Of a stretch of DNA of 64,000 nt, positions 50,609 to 62,893 are shown piece after piece (the first letter of the stretch is position 1; each line of letters begins with the position of its first letter). The stretch covers positions 1-64,000 of the forward strand of contig CAXXLV010000002.1 in the NCBI GenBank assembly GCA_963664305.2, in the 5' to 3' direction. The translations under genes and the position numbers were made by a program. The DNA is from an uncultured Aliarcobacter sp. (GTDB lineage Bacteria > Campylobacterota > Campylobacteria > Campylobacterales > Arcobacteraceae). Below the pieces are notes generated by a model, which was not told the origin of the DNA, searched no databases, and saw only the letters and a program-made list of their open reading frames with translations.

Positions 50609-51941
50609 TTATTCTTTATTTGAAAAATATGATAAAGAGTATTTTGTAAAAAATAAAATTGTGCCTATTTTTGAAGATAATATCTATTTAAAAGTTGCAA
50701 TCTGTAAAAATTCAAATCTTAATAGTATAAAGGATGATTTTACAAAATTAATAAGTTTTGAAGAGATAAATGAACTTGAATTACTTTTTATTTTATCCAA
50801 TTTAAACAGAAAAATTTCTCTTTATTCCCTTGCAAAAAAGTCTATATTTCAAAATAGTCTAGAGAAATATGTAAATAAATTTTTAGATGAATTATTGTCA
50901 TTTTCCATTGAAGTTCGAGCGAGTGATATACATATTGAAAAATATAAAAATTTAGTTATTTTTAAATTTAGAGTCGATGGGAAGTTAAAAACTTTTTTTA
51001 CATTTCAAAGTGAATTCTTTAAATTTATATCTTCATATATAAAACTTATTTCTAATCTTGATATGACACAAATACGTTTACCTTTAGATGGTAGATTTTC
51101 TTTAAATATTGAAGATAAAAAATATGATTTTAGAGTTTCAACTATGCCAACACTTGAAGCTGAATCAATAGTTTTAAGAATATTAGATAATAAAAATATA
51201 AATAAAAATTTAGAAACTTTAGGTCTTTCTTTTCATTTATTAAAAATTTTAAAAGAGAGTTTGAAATTAACACAAGGATTAATACTAATTTCTGGACCAA
51301 CAGGAAGTGGGAAAACAACAACTTTATATTCAATTTTAAAAGAGTTTAACAGTGAAGAAAAAAAGATAATTACTGTTGAAGACCCAATCGAGTATAAAAT
51401 AGATTCTATTTGTCAAGTTCCTATAAATCAGAAAATTGGACTAAGTTTTGAAGTTGTATTAAAAAATATTTTAAGACAAGATCCAGATATTATATTTATT
51501 GGAGAAATAAGAGATAAATTTTCATTGGATATTGCTTTACAAGCTTCTTTGACAGGACATTTAGTAATTGCAAGTATTCATGCTAATTCAGCAATTGAAA
51601 CAATATCAAGATTGATTGATTTACAAGCTGATCCATTTTTAATTTCAACAACATTGAAGCTTATTATGGCACAAAGATTAGTATTAAATTATTGTAAATA
51701 TTGTGGTTCATTGGGCTGTGTAAAATGTAACTTTACAAGATTTTATGATAGGTCTTCAATTGCAGAGATTTTAAGAATTGATGAAGAAATTTCATCTTTG
51801 ATTTTTAAAAAAGCTTCAATTAAAGAGTTCAAAGAGTATTTAAAAAGTATAAATTTTAAAACTTTATTAGATGATGGCAAAAATAAAGTAAAAGAAAATT
51901 TAACATCACTGGAAGAAGTTTATAAGGTGGTTACTTATTAA
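50577..51941 (+). CDS. GspE/PulE/CtsE-family secretion ATPase
   Basis: RASDIHIE, GPTGSGKTTT, TVEDPIE, LRQDPDII.IGEIRD and TGHLV motifs; likely start ATG 50577. Confidence 0.93.
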   Translation: MMKSILKNLIDYSLFEKYDKEYFVKNKIVPIFEDNIYLKVAICKNSNLNSIKDDFTKLISFEEINELELLFILSNLNRKISLYSLAKKSIFQNSLEKYVNKFLDELLSFSIEVRASDIHIEKYKNLVIFKFRVDGKLKTFFTFQSEFFKFISSYIKLISNLDMTQIRLPLDGRFSLNIEDKKYDFRVSTMPTLEAESIVLRILDNKNINKNLETLGLSFHLLKILKESLKLTQGLILISGPTGSGKTTTLYSILKEFNSEEKKIITVEDPIEYKIDSICQVPINQKIGLSFEVVLKNILRQDPDIIFIGEIRDKFSLDIALQASLTGHLVIASIHANSAIETISRLIDLQADPFLISTTLKLIMAQRLVLNYCKYCGSLGCVKCNFTRFYDRSSIAEILRIDEEISSLIFKKASIKEFKEYLKSINFKTLLDDGKNKVKENLTSLEEVYKVVTY

Positions 51942-53131
51942 TGAAAAAATATAAAATCAAATGTCAACATGAAAAAGAAGTTGAAGAATTTATTTTAGAA
52001 ACTTTCAATTTATCCAATGAAAAATTACCTAAAAATATTATTGAAATAGAAGAGTGTAAAAAGAGCTATTTATTTGAATTTAAAAGGAAAAAAAGATTAG
52101 ATGAAAAAAAATTAAATCTGCTTTTTTATGAATTAAATTTGATGCTTCAATCAAATATAAATATTTCAGATGCCTTAGATATTTTGATAAAAAATAAAAA
52201 AGATAAAAATTTAATTGAATTTTTAACAGCAATAAAATTTTCTTTATCAAATGGAAAATCAATAGAAGAAAATCTAGAACAATTTAAAATAAATCAACTA
52301 ATAATATCTTTTTTTAGGATATCCCAAGAAAATGGAAATTTAGCTTTAAATATAAAAGCTTTAAGTAAATTATTAAATGAAACAATTGAAATTAAAAAAA
52401 GTTTTTATAAAGCAATTTCATATCCCATGATTTTGTTAATCAGTTTTTTTATCTCTTTATTTACAATCTTTAATTTTGTAATACCTAAATTTAAACTGCT
52501 TTTTACTCAAACACAAACTGAATTACCACTTGCAACAAAAATATTATTAGATATTCAATATTTTTTTGAAAATTACTCTTCTTATTTCTTTATTTTTTTA
52601 TCTTTTATTATACTTTTTATAATATATATTTATAAAAAAAGTGAAAAATTTAGATATCTTTTAGATAAGTTAATGATAAAAAAATTAGTTTTGATAAAAG
52701 ATATTTATTTAAATATGCAACTTTATAAACTCTTTTTAGTAATCGATATAATGCTAAAATCAAATTACGAATTTCATAAAGCATTCATTTCTTCAAAAAT
52801 TTTATTAAAAAACAAATATCTATTGGATAAAATATATATAATTGATAGTTTATTACAAAATGGAAAAAGTATCAATGACTCTTTTTTAAGAACACAAATA
52901 TTTGATGATATAGTTTTAAATCTAATAAATACAGGAGAAGTTTCTAACTCTTTGAGTATTACAATAGATGAAATAAAAAAGATTTATAAAAATAGATTTA
53001 ATGATAAAATGAATTTACTAATATCTTTAATCCAACCCACATTTTTAGTAATGATTATGGGATTAATTCTTTGGATAGTATTGGCAATTTTTATGCCTAT
53101 TTGGGATATGGAAAATATGATAAACATTTAA
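51941..53131 (+). CDS. GspF/PilC/CtsF-family inner membrane platform protein
   Basis: AISYP, VIPKF, LPLATK, TGEVSNSL, IQP and AIFMPI motifs. Confidence 0.9.
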   Translation: MKKYKIKCQHEKEVEEFILETFNLSNEKLPKNIIEIEECKKSYLFEFKRKKRLDEKKLNLLFYELNLMLQSNINISDALDILIKNKKDKNLIEFLTAIKFSLSNGKSIEENLEQFKINQLIISFFRISQENGNLALNIKALSKLLNETIEIKKSFYKAISYPMILLISFFISLFTIFNFVIPKFKLLFTQTQTELPLATKILLDIQYFFENYSSYFFIFLSFIILFIIYIYKKSEKFRYLLDKLMIKKLVLIKDIYLNMQLYKLFLVIDIMLKSNYEFHKAFISSKILLKNKYLLDKIYIIDSLLQNGKSINDSFLRTQIFDDIVLNLINTGEVSNSLSITIDEIKKIYKNRFNDKMNLLISLIQPTFLVMIMGLILWIVLAIFMPIWDMENMINI

Positions 53132-53143
53132 AAAGGAGTAACC

Positions 53144-54097
53144 TTGATTAATTGTTATGTAAAAAAAGGAAATAGACTTACTGTAATTGAAGGAATAGAA
53201 TTTCTAGATACTACAGAAGATAAAAATAGTGTAATTTGGATAGATATGCTTTTACCTACAATTGATGAGATAAGAGCAGTTGAAAACTTATTTGATATGA
53301 AATTTCCTACAAAACAAGAGAGTGAAGAGATTGAGCTGAGTTCGAGATATTGGGAAGAAAATAATAGAATAGAAATAAACAGTTACTTCTTGATAAATGA
53401 TAATAAATCAGCTTTCAATGAAACAGTATCTTTTATTTTACAAGGTGCACTTTTAATTTCTGTTAGATATAAAAAGTTAGAGAGTTTTAACACTTTTACT
53501 AAAAAACTTTTAATATCTCCTAGAGAATTTAAAACAGGTTATTCAATTTTTTGTCAAATTATTGATATTAGAATTGATGCTGATGCGGATACAATTGAGA
53601 ATTTATCTAAAGAGATTACAAAGATTAGAAAACACGTATTTACAGATTATTCAAATGATGATGAAGAGATTCTTGAAAAAATCTCTACTTTTGAAGATTT
53701 GAATATGAAAATTAGAGAGAATTTAACAGATAAACAAAGAATTTTAAACTCTTTATTGAAGTCTCAAAAATTTGTTGATGATAAAAATGAATTACCAATT
53801 ATGTTAAAAGATATTAAGTCGTTAATCGACCATACAAATTTTAATTTTGAAAGATTAGATTATTTACAAAATATCTTTATTGGTATTTTGAGTATTGAAC
53901 AAAATAAGGTTATAAAAATCTTTACTATTGTAAATGTTATATTTCTTCCACCTACATTGATAGCAAGTATTTATGGAATGAACTTTGAGTTTATACCTGA
54001 ACTTCATTGGGAATATGGATATGTCTTCTCAATAATATTTATGATAATTGCATCAATTACTCCAATTCTAATATTTAAAAAGAAGGGTTGGATTTAG
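53144..54097 (+). CDS. corA: Magnesium/cobalt transporter
   Basis: [13 protein letters not shown] signature; C-terminal KKKGW. Confidence 0.95.
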   Translation: MINCYVKKGNRLTVIEGIEFLDTTEDKNSVIWIDMLLPTIDEIRAVENLFDMKFPTKQESEEIELSSRYWEENNRIEINSYFLINDNKSAFNETVSFILQGALLISVRYKKLESFNTFTKKLLISPREFKTGYSIFCQIIDIRIDADADTIENLSKEITKIRKHVFTDYSNDDEEILEKISTFEDLNMKIRENLTDKQRILNSLLKSQKFVDDKNELPIMLKDIKSLIDHTNFNFERLDYLQNIFIGILSIEQNKVIKIFTIVNVIFLPPTLIASIYGMNFEFIPELHWEYGYVFSIIFMIIASITPILIFKKKGWI

Positions 54098-54135
54098 TAA
54101 ATTTTATTAAAAACAAGTTTAAAGGAAAAATTTTA

Positions 54136-54708
54136 ATGGCTAAAGAAGTTGAATTTGAAAATGCAGTAAAAACAATTCTTACACATATCGGAGAAGATAT
54201 TACTAGAGAGGGATTAATTGATACTCCAAGTCGTGTGAGAAAAGCTTTTGAATTTATGTGTAGTGGATATAACCAAAATCCAAAAGAGATAATTGAAAAA
54301 GCACTTTTTACTTCGACAAATGATGAAATGGTAGTTGTAAAAGATATTGAGTTTTACTCTTTTTGCGAACATCATATGTTACCAATAATTGGAAAGGCTC
54401 ACGTTGCTTACATTCCAAATGGAAAAGTAGTTGGACTTTCAAAAATACCAAGAGTCGTAGATGTATTTGCAAGAAGATTACAAATACAAGAGCAAATGAC
54501 AGAACAAATTTGTGATGCATTAAATGAATATTTAAAACCAAAAGGTGTTGCAGTTATGATTGATGCAAGACACATGTGTATGGAAATGAGGGGAGTTGAA
54601 AAGATATGTTCAACAACAGTAACTTCTGCACTAAGAGGACTTTTTAAATCAAATAAAAAAACTAAAGATGAGTTTTTATCAATAGTTAGCTCATCACTTC
54701 ATAAATAA
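54136..54708 (+). CDS. folE: GTP cyclohydrolase I
   Basis: CEHHMLP, GLSK, RLQIQE and HMCMEMRG motifs; start ATG 54136 after AAGGA. Confidence 0.96.
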   Translation: MAKEVEFENAVKTILTHIGEDITREGLIDTPSRVRKAFEFMCSGYNQNPKEIIEKALFTSTNDEMVVVKDIEFYSFCEHHMLPIIGKAHVAYIPNGKVVGLSKIPRVVDVFARRLQIQEQMTEQICDALNEYLKPKGVAVMIDARHMCMEMRGVEKICSTTVTSALRGLFKSNKKTKDEFLSIVSSSLHK

Positions 54709-54739
54709 ATCAATAGTTTTTAAACTATTGGTTTATTAT

Positions 54740-55930
54740 TTATAAAACATTTACTTCACTTCTATCAGTTGTTCTTTCAAATCTTTTTGGAGTAGTTCTA
54801 TTTTCGTTTTGCATTTCAGAATCAAATTTTTGTATTATATTTTTTGTATTAGCTAAGAATGCTGCTTTATCTTTACCATCAAGACCTTCAATTTTAGGTT
54901 TTGTAATAACTGTCATAGGATCAATTGCATTTCCATTTCTATATAAACCTAAATGTAGGTGAGGTCCAGAACTAAGACCAGTATTTCCAACATATCCAAT
55001 ATGTGTACCTTTTTTTACAGTTGCACCTTGTCTTATACCTTTTGCAAAACCTTTTTGGTGAGCATATAATGTTTTATAACCATTTCCATGATTTATAATA
55101 ATAACATTCCCATAACCACCTTTTACACCCATAAATTCAATTCTTCCATCTGCTGCTGCATAAATATTTCTTCCTGTTGGTGCAGCAAAGTCTGTTCCTA
55201 AATGTGCTCTAAATCTTTTTAAAACAGGATGCCAACGTTTGTTAGTAAATACACTAGAAATTCTTTGAAATGTTACTGGCATTTGGAAAAAATAAGATTT
55301 TGTAAATCCAACACCTTTTTCATCATAATATTTATCATCTTTATCATTTTTAAATCTATAAAATGGTTTTCCTGAGATTTGCACCATTGCAGCAGTTAAA
55401 TCAGGCATACCTAATGTTCTACCTAAATAAGATTTTTGAGAATATTTTAAAGCAATAAAATCACCTTTTTGCATTTTTCTAAAATTTACATCACTATCTT
55501 GAAAAAGGGATTTTAATACAGCTGCAAGAGTCACATCTCCTGTTGCTTTTTGTATATCATAAGATACAGATTCTGTAATTTGAATTGCAACAGTTTCTGT
55601 ATGTTCAGTATAATTTATTGGTAATGTTTGAAATTTATATTCGTTGTTACTATCTTTGTAAACATGTAGTTGAATATCCTCAGATACAGGAATTAAAACT
55701 TGGTTTAAACTACCATCATCTTCAGTGTAAAGATAATAAGTTTTATCTGCTTCAATTTCCGAACATAACTCTTTATCTTCTTTCTCTAAATCAAAATATA
55801 ATTTTTGAGGAATTTTATATCTATCTAAAAAAGTTAAAAAACTCTCTCCTCTTGGCCAATTTAACTCTTCAACTTGTGCTGAGTATAAAAAATTAAAAAG
55901 AATAATAGTTAATAAAATAATTTTTTTCAT
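54740..55930 (-). CDS. M23-family peptidoglycan DD-metalloendopeptidase (Csd3-like)
   Basis: HLGTDFAA (HxxxD), YAH and GPHLH motifs; signal peptide. Confidence 0.9.
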   Translation of the reverse strand: MKKIILLTIILFNFLYSAQVEELNWPRGESFLTFLDRYKIPQKLYFDLEKEDKELCSEIEADKTYYLYTEDDGSLNQVLIPVSEDIQLHVYKDSNNEYKFQTLPINYTEHTETVAIQITESVSYDIQKATGDVTLAAVLKSLFQDSDVNFRKMQKGDFIALKYSQKSYLGRTLGMPDLTAAMVQISGKPFYRFKNDKDDKYYDEKGVGFTKSYFFQMPVTFQRISSVFTNKRWHPVLKRFRAHLGTDFAAPTGRNIYAAADGRIEFMGVKGGYGNVIIINHGNGYKTLYAHQKGFAKGIRQGATVKKGTHIGYVGNTGLSSGPHLHLGLYRNGNAIDPMTVITKPKIEGLDGKDKAAFLANTKNIIQKFDSEMQNENRTTPKRFERTTDRSEVNVL

Positions 55931-55997
55931 AGATCTTCACTTTTTATTTATTGAATAATTAGGGGGAGTATTATACAATTACGCAACTTAAAGATAG

Positions 55998-56969
55998 TTG
56001 GAGTACGATTTGTTGAGATTTATAATAGTATTTATTATTACTTTTAATGTATATGCAAATGATTTTGTAAATTTATATAGACTTAAAGGTATTAGTGAAG
56101 TAGAAAAAGAGATTGAAAATAGTTTAAAAGATGTTAATTATTGGAAAAATTATTTAGTAGATAAAAATGTTGAATTAGGTTATTATGAATATAAAAAGTA
56201 TGTTATCGTTGCTCAAAAAGAACAATCGGAATTATCTTTATATGAAAAAATCGATAATGATTATAAATTAGTTTTAAGAAATAGTGTAATTGTAGGTGAA
56301 AATCAAGGTGATAAATATCTTGAGGGTGATAAAAGAACACCAGAAGGTGCATATGAATTAGTAGAAAAAAAGACACAAGTTGACCAATTTTATGGTCCTT
56401 TTGCATTAGTAACTTCTTATCCTAACTCTTTTGATATGAGTTTAGATAAAAAGGGTTCAGGTATTTGGATACATGGAATGCCATTTGAAGGTGATAGAGA
56501 AAAGTTTACTAAAGGATGTATAGCTTTAGATAATAATGAATTAGAAAATTTAGAAAAAAATATTGATTATAAAAAAACAATTTTATTAACAAGTGAAAAT
56601 GAATTTAAAAAAGCTTCTAAAGATGATATAGCATTGATTTTAAGTTCTATATATAAATGGAAAGATGCTTGGAAATATTCAAATATAAATGAATATTTAT
56701 CTTTTTATTCAAAAGAGTTTAAAAGATCAGATAAATCTGATTTTAATCAATTTGAAGATTATAAAAAACAAGTATTTTCAAAAAATGAAGATAAAACAAT
56801 AACTTTTAAAAATATTGATATAGCACCTTATCCTAACTCTTTAAATAAAAAAATGTATAAAGTTTTAATGGATGAAGAATATTTAAGTCCATCTGTAAAA
56901 TTTTATGGAAAAAAAGAACTATTTTTAGAAGTAGCAAATAATGAAGTGAAAATTCTAACAGAGGATTAA
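55998..56969 (+). CDS. L,D-transpeptidase/carboxypeptidase family protein (Csd6/Pgp2-like)
   Basis: EGDKRTPEG and GIWIHG...TKGCIA motifs; C-terminal NTF2-like region. Confidence 0.88.
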   Translation: MEYDLLRFIIVFIITFNVYANDFVNLYRLKGISEVEKEIENSLKDVNYWKNYLVDKNVELGYYEYKKYVIVAQKEQSELSLYEKIDNDYKLVLRNSVIVGENQGDKYLEGDKRTPEGAYELVEKKTQVDQFYGPFALVTSYPNSFDMSLDKKGSGIWIHGMPFEGDREKFTKGCIALDNNELENLEKNIDYKKTILLTSENEFKKASKDDIALILSSIYKWKDAWKYSNINEYLSFYSKEFKRSDKSDFNQFEDYKKQVFSKNEDKTITFKNIDIAPYPNSLNKKMYKVLMDEEYLSPSVKFYGKKELFLEVANNEVKILTED

Positions 56970-57033
56970 AATTTTTTTCAACTCTTTTTAGATATAATCG
57001 CCCCTAAATAACAACCATATTTTAAGGCGAAAG

Positions 57034-59247
57034 ATGCAAAAACAAGAGATGAACCTTCAAGAGATAGCACTTGCTCACTCTTTAACACTTGAAGAATTTG
57101 AAAATATCAAAGAAATTTTAGGAAGAGAACCAAACTATGTAGAAATTGGTATCTTCTCTGCTATGTGGTCTGAGCACTGCTCATATAAATCAAGTAAAAA
57201 ATATTTAAGTGGTTTCCCAACAAAAGCTCCTTGGGTTATTCAAGGTCCAGGTGAAAATGCTGGTGTTATTGACATCGGTGATGGTTATGCTGCTGTATTT
57301 AAAATGGAATCACACAACCATCCATCTTTTATTGAGCCTTATCAAGGTGCAGCAACAGGTGTTGGAGGAATTTTAAGAGATGTATTTACAATGGGAGCAA
57401 GACCTATTGCAAATATGAATTCAATTAGATTTGCTTCAATTGAAGGAAACAGTGAAACTGCACAAAAACACAGATTTTTATTAAGAGGTGTTGTTGCAGG
57501 TATTGGTGGATATGGTAACTGTATGGGAGTTCCAACAATTGGTGGAGAAACTACATTTGAAGAGTGTTATGCTGGAAATAACCTTGTAAATGCATTTACT
57601 TTAGGATTAGCAAAAGCTGATGAAATTTTCTATGGAAAAGCTGAAGGTATAGGAAATCCAGTAATGTATGTTGGTTCTAAAACAGGAAGAGATGGTCTAG
57701 GTGGTGCAGTTATGTCAAGTGCAGCATTTGATGAAGATTCTGAATCAAAAAGACCAACAGTTCAAGTTGGAGATCCATTTACTGAAAAATTATTACTTGA
57801 AGCTTGTTTAGAACTGTTTAAAGCAGATTTAATTGTTGGTATTCAAGATATGGGAGCTGCTGGACTTACTTCAAGTTCTTTTGAAATGGCTGGAAGATCT
57901 GGTTCTGGAATGATTATGCATTTAGATAAAGTTCCAGCAAGAGAAGAGGGAATGACTCCTTATGACTTTATGCTTTCAGAATCTCAAGAAAGAATGCTTA
58001 TTTGTGCTAAAAAAGGTTGTGAACAAGCAATTATTGATATTTTTGAAAAATGGGAATTAGATGTTGCTGTTATTGGTGAAGTAACTGCAACTGGAAATAT
58101 GGAATTATTCTGGCATGGTGAAAAATGTGCGGAAGTTCCTGTTCAACCAGTTTCTGAACAAGCACCAGTTTTAGATAGACCAACAAAAAAACCAGCTTAT
58201 TTAGATGGAATTGAAAATATTAAATTAGACAAAGAGATTTCTAATCAAGTTGCATTTGATGATTTATTCTCTGATATGGAAGTTGTTGATAAATCTTGGG
58301 TTTATTCTCAATATGATTCAATGGTTCAAACAAATACAATTAAAGGTCCAGGTAAACTTGACGGTTCATCAATTAGAATCAAAGAAACAGGAAAAGCATT
58401 AGCAATGAGTGCTGATTGTAACACAAGACTTTGTTATATTAACCCAGAATTAGGAGCAGCGGCAGCTGTTATGGAATCTGGAAGAAATGTAGCAATGACT
58501 GGAGCAGTTCCAAAAGCAATTACAGATTGTTTAAATTTTGGTAACCCTACAAATCCTGAAGTTATGTGGCAATTTGCAGCTTCTTGTGAAGGTATTAAAA
58601 AAGCTTGTAAAGAATTAAATACTCCAGTAATTGGTGGAAATGTTTCACTTTATAATGAAACAAATGGAGTAGGAGTTTTCCCAACACCTTCAATTGCAAT
58701 GGTTGGAGTAAACGAAGATGCAAATAAAGTATTACCTTCTTGTGTTCAAGAAAATGGAAATATTTTATATATTTTAGGTGAAACAAAATCTGAATTTGGT
58801 GCTTCTTTATATATGAAAAAAATGTATGGAAAAGTTGCTGGAACTCATCCTGAAGTAAATTTCGAAAAAGAGTTAGCTTTATGGAATACTGTAATTGAAG
58901 CAAATAAACAAGGTTTATTAAAATCTGCAAAAGACGTAAATGTTGGTGGAATTGCTATTAGTGCAGCTAAAATGGCAGTTGTAGGAAATAAAGGTATTGA
59001 AATCTCTATTTCATTAAATGATTCAAAAGATATTTTTGCTGAATCTTTAAGTAGAGCTATCGTTGAAGTTACTCCTTCAAATTGTGAAGCGTTTGAAAAA
59101 GTTGCAAAATCATTTAATATCGAATGTAGTAAAATAGGTCAAGTTGGTGGAGATAAAATCTCTATTAATGATATCTATAAAGATTTAGATAAAGCTAGTG
59201 AAGTTTACTTTACAAGATTTAAAAAAGTAATTGAGCAAGATTTATAA
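57034..59247 (+). CDS. purL: Phosphoribosylformylglycinamidine synthase subunit PurL
   Basis: [31 protein letters not shown] and GGNVSLYN motifs. Confidence 0.98.
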   Translation: MQKQEMNLQEIALAHSLTLEEFENIKEILGREPNYVEIGIFSAMWSEHCSYKSSKKYLSGFPTKAPWVIQGPGENAGVIDIGDGYAAVFKMESHNHPSFIEPYQGAATGVGGILRDVFTMGARPIANMNSIRFASIEGNSETAQKHRFLLRGVVAGIGGYGNCMGVPTIGGETTFEECYAGNNLVNAFTLGLAKADEIFYGKAEGIGNPVMYVGSKTGRDGLGGAVMSSAAFDEDSESKRPTVQVGDPFTEKLLLEACLELFKADLIVGIQDMGAAGLTSSSFEMAGRSGSGMIMHLDKVPAREEGMTPYDFMLSESQERMLICAKKGCEQAIIDIFEKWELDVAVIGEVTATGNMELFWHGEKCAEVPVQPVSEQAPVLDRPTKKPAYLDGIENIKLDKEISNQVAFDDLFSDMEVVDKSWVYSQYDSMVQTNTIKGPGKLDGSSIRIKETGKALAMSADCNTRLCYINPELGAAAAVMESGRNVAMTGAVPKAITDCLNFGNPTNPEVMWQFAASCEGIKKACKELNTPVIGGNVSLYNETNGVGVFPTPSIAMVGVNEDANKVLPSCVQENGNILYILGETKSEFGASLYMKKMYGKVAGTHPEVNFEKELALWNTVIEANKQGLLKSAKDVNVGGIAISAAKMAVVGNKGIEISISLNDSKDIFAESLSRAIVEVTPSNCEAFEKVAKSFNIECSKIGQVGGDKISINDIYKDLDKASEVYFTRFKKVIEQDL

Positions 59248-59256
59248 TAAATAAAA

Positions 59257-59284
59257 TTTATTAGGAAGAATTCTTCCTAATAAA
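59257..59284. terminator. Perfect 28-bp palindrome, probable bidirectional terminator
   Basis: tttattaggaagaattcttcctaataaa between convergent purL and amt-GGDEF; includes the amt stop codon. Confidence 0.6.
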
Positions 59285-61094
59285 CAAAAACTCTGTTTCT
59301 TCCACTCATTTTAGCTTGGTATAAAGCTTGGTCTGCTTTTTTAAACACATCTTCAAACGTATCATTTTTTGTTTTAAATTCACTAATACCTATTGAAATA
59401 GTTATTTTCCCAACAGTTTTAAATTTAGAATTTTCAATCTCTTTTCTTAAATTATCAGATATATTTTGAGCTTGTAACAAATCAGGTGTATCTAAAATTA
59501 AAATAAACTCTTCTCCACCCCATCTTGCAAATATATCAGTTATTCTAATCTTATTTGAAATTAATGTTGCTAAATCTTTTAGAACATAATCTCCTACATC
59601 ATGACCATGTGTATCATTTATAGATTTGAATTTATCTATATCTATAATTGCAAGTGTGTATTTGTTGTTTGTTTCTGATAATTTTTTTAGAAGACCATTT
59701 CTATTTAAAATTTTAGTCAAATTATCATGGTATGCTTTGACACTTAAATTTTTATTTGATTTTTTAAGTTCAGCATTTTTTTCTTTTAATATACTAAGTA
59801 AATAGTTGAAAAATCTTGAAACAATTCCTATTTCCGTATCTCTTTCTTCATAAATTTTTTTGTCTAAATTTCCTGTTTTCATAATTTGAATAATACTTTG
59901 AATAGTGTCAACCCAAGGTAATTTTGCATTATGTTCACTTCTGTTTAAACCTAAAACTTCGTGTTTTTTTCGAACTCTTAAAAGGTTAACTTTTCTAAGA
60001 AATAAAAAAATTAGTAATCCAAAAGAAAAAGAGAATAAAAAAGCTACAAATACTCCTAAAGTTTGTACATAAATAAAATGTAATCTTGTAAAATTTTCAG
60101 GTAAATTTGCAAAAATTCCAACTGCTATTGTTCCCCAAACACCAACAAATCCATGAATACTTACAACACTTAAAGGGTCATCAATTTTTAATTTTTTTGT
60201 TAAAAATATATCAGTGAAATGCATTATAAATGATGATATAAAACCTACAAATGCAGATTGAATAGTATTAAATTCATAACAACCAGCAGTAATTCCTACA
60301 AGTCCAGCAATTATTCCAAAACTAAATATTTCAACACCAACTTTTTCTTTACTAAATAAAGTTATTATCCAAGCACTTAACCCACCAAATACACCAGCAA
60401 TTAAAGTATTTAATAAAATTGATGTAACTTCAGGTTTAAATTCAAGTAAACTTCCTGCATTAAAACCAAACCATGCAAAAAATAGGATAAATACACCAAA
60501 AACTATAAAATTATGATTACTTGGTGCAAAATATATGGTTTTATTTTTTCTAAATTTTCCAAGTCTTGGTCCTAAAACAATTGCACCTGCAAGTCCAATC
60601 CAAGCTCCAATCGAATGAACAACAGTAGACCCTGCAAAATCAATAAATCCTAACTCTTTTAACCAACCATTATCACTCCATGCCCAATGTCCAAAAATTG
60701 GATAAATTATAGAGCTTACAATAATTGCAACAACAATATATCCATTAAATTTTATTCTTTCTGCTACTGCTCCTGAAACAATTGTTATTGCAGTTGCTGC
60801 AAACATTGCTTGAAAAAAGAAAAATCCATTTAGTTGTAAATCTTTTCCATCAATTAAAAATTTATCTGTACCTATAAGTCCAAAACTATCCATTCCAAAC
60901 ATTAAGCCAAAACCAAATAACCAGAAAAATATAATACTAAAGACTGTATCAATAAGATTTTTCATTGCAACATTTATTGTATTTTTACTTCTAACCACAC
61001 CTGTTTCAACTAACGAAAAACCTAATTGCATCATAAAAACTAAAAATGCACTAACTAATATCCATAAAAGGTTTATTTCATTAAAACTTACCAA
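59277..61094 (-). CDS. Ammonium transporter (Amt) fused to a GGDEF diguanylate cyclase
   Basis: FQAMFAA, SGAVAER, DFAGSTVVH, WFGFNAGS, DDP...IHG; C-terminal DNLT..LNR, DIDKFK.IND.HGH, RITD, ARWGGEEF. Confidence 0.93.
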   Translation of the reverse strand: MVSFNEINLLWILVSAFLVFMMQLGFSLVETGVVRSKNTINVAMKNLIDTVFSIIFFWLFGFGLMFGMDSFGLIGTDKFLIDGKDLQLNGFFFFQAMFAATAITIVSGAVAERIKFNGYIVVAIIVSSIIYPIFGHWAWSDNGWLKELGFIDFAGSTVVHSIGAWIGLAGAIVLGPRLGKFRKNKTIYFAPSNHNFIVFGVFILFFAWFGFNAGSLLEFKPEVTSILLNTLIAGVFGGLSAWIITLFSKEKVGVEIFSFGIIAGLVGITAGCYEFNTIQSAFVGFISSFIMHFTDIFLTKKLKIDDPLSVVSIHGFVGVWGTIAVGIFANLPENFTRLHFIYVQTLGVFVAFLFSFSFGLLIFLFLRKVNLLRVRKKHEVLGLNRSEHNAKLPWVDTIQSIIQIMKTGNLDKKIYEERDTEIGIVSRFFNYLLSILKEKNAELKKSNKNLSVKAYHDNLTKILNRNGLLKKLSETNNKYTLAIIDIDKFKSINDTHGHDVGDYVLKDLATLISNKIRITDIFARWGGEEFILILDTPDLLQAQNISDNLRKEIENSKFKTVGKITISIGISEFKTKNDTFEDVFKKADQALYQAKMSGRNRVFVY

Positions 61095-61241
61095 TTATTG
61101 CTCCTTCTTATAATACAATGAATAAATTGTAACATAGAAAATAATTATTCTAGAGATAAAAAATATACAATTTCTAATGAAGCAAGTCCTAATTGGTTTT
61201 TTTGTATAATCACAAAAAATTATAAGACTTGGGGAAAACAA

Positions 61242-62774
61242 TTGAGAGCATTAATTAGTGTAAGCGACAAAAGTGGTGTTGAGAATTTTGCTAAAGAATT
61301 AGTATCATTAGGTTATGAAATTATTTCAACAGGTGGAACATATAATAAGTTAAAAGATGCAGGAATAGCTGTAATTGAAGCAAATGAAGTTACAAAATTT
61401 CCAGAATGTTTTGAAGGAAGAGTTAAAACATTAAATCCTTATATCCACGGTGGTATTTTACATAGAAGAGATAAACAATCTCATCTTGATCAAGCTAAAG
61501 AACTTGGAGTTGAAGGTATCGATTTAGTTTGTGTAAATTTATATCCATTTAAAGCAACTATTGAAAAAACTGATGATTTTGAAGAAATTATTGAAAACAT
61601 TGATATTGGTGGACCAGCGATGGTTAGAAGTGCAGCTAAAAACTTTGATTCAGTAATTATTGTTACTGATGTTGCTGATTATGATTTAGTATTAAATAAT
61701 CTTAAAAATGACACAAATACTGTTGAATTTAGAAGAGATATGATGATTAAAGCTTATGAGCATACAGCTGCTTATGATTCAATGATTGCAAACTATATGA
61801 ACAAAAGATTTAATAATGGTTTTGGAAATAAACAATTTATTGTTGGAAATAAAGTATTTGATACAAGATATGGTGAAAATCCACATCAAAAAGGTGCTTT
61901 ATACGAGTTTGATTCACAATTTACAAATAAATTTAAAACAATAAAAGGTGAAGCAAGTTTCAATAATATGGGTGATATTTCTGGAGCTGCTAGAATTGCT
62001 GCTGCATTTGGAAAAGAAAAAGCTATTTGTATAGTAAAACATGGAAATCCTTGTGGATTTGCAATTAAAGATACATTATTAGAATCTTATGTTGAAGCAT
62101 TAAAATGTGACCCAGTTTCTGCTTTTGGTGGAGTAGTTGCTGTTAATGGTTGTGTTGATAAAGAATTAGCTGAAAAAATGAATGAAATTTTCTTAGAAGT
62201 TATTTTTGCTGCAAGTTTCACTCCTGAAGCAGTTGCAGTATTTGATGCTAAAAAAAGAATTAAATTATTTGAGCAAGGAACTGAATATTTAGAACTTGCA
62301 AACGATGCAATTGACTTTAAAAGAGTTGATGGTGGATTTGTATTCCAAGATGCTGATAAAGTACAAGAAGATGAAGTTAGAAATTCTATTTTAAAATCTA
62401 AAAGAATTGCAACAGAGCAAGAAGTAAAAGATATGGAAATCGCTTATAAAATTGCTTCTTTAACAAAATCAAACTGCGTAGTTTACGTTAAAAATTCTGC
62501 AATGGTTGCTGTTGGTATGGGTATGACTTCAAGAGTTGATGCTTCAAAAGCAGCTTTAAGAAAAGCAGAAGATATGGGATTAGATGTAACTGGTGCTGTG
62601 TTAGCATCTGAAGCATTTTTCCCATTTAGAGATAGCATTGATGCTGCAGCTGAAGCTGGTGTTAAATGTGTAATTGAACCAGGTGGAAGTATCAGAGATG
62701 ATGAAATCATTGCTGCTGCTGATGAATATGACATGGCTTTATACTTCTCAGGAATTAGACACTTCTTACATTAA
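61242..62774 (+). CDS. purH: Bifunctional AICAR transformylase / IMP cyclohydrolase
   Basis: [29 protein letters not shown] and ASEAFFPF motifs. Confidence 0.98.
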   Translation: MRALISVSDKSGVENFAKELVSLGYEIISTGGTYNKLKDAGIAVIEANEVTKFPECFEGRVKTLNPYIHGGILHRRDKQSHLDQAKELGVEGIDLVCVNLYPFKATIEKTDDFEEIIENIDIGGPAMVRSAAKNFDSVIIVTDVADYDLVLNNLKNDTNTVEFRRDMMIKAYEHTAAYDSMIANYMNKRFNNGFGNKQFIVGNKVFDTRYGENPHQKGALYEFDSQFTNKFKTIKGEASFNNMGDISGAARIAAAFGKEKAICIVKHGNPCGFAIKDTLLESYVEALKCDPVSAFGGVVAVNGCVDKELAEKMNEIFLEVIFAASFTPEAVAVFDAKKRIKLFEQGTEYLELANDAIDFKRVDGGFVFQDADKVQEDEVRNSILKSKRIATEQEVKDMEIAYKIASLTKSNCVVYVKNSAMVAVGMGMTSRVDASKAALRKAEDMGLDVTGAVLASEAFFPFRDSIDAAAEAGVKCVIEPGGSIRDDEIIAAADEYDMALYFSGIRHFLH

Positions 62775-62893
62775 TTATTTTTATAAAATTTATACTCAAA
62801 ACTTTTTTGTTTTGGTATAAATTTTATCTTTTTTATATTTACATTTTTAATAAAAATTAGATATACTCAGTTAGCATAAACTGAGGAATTTAC

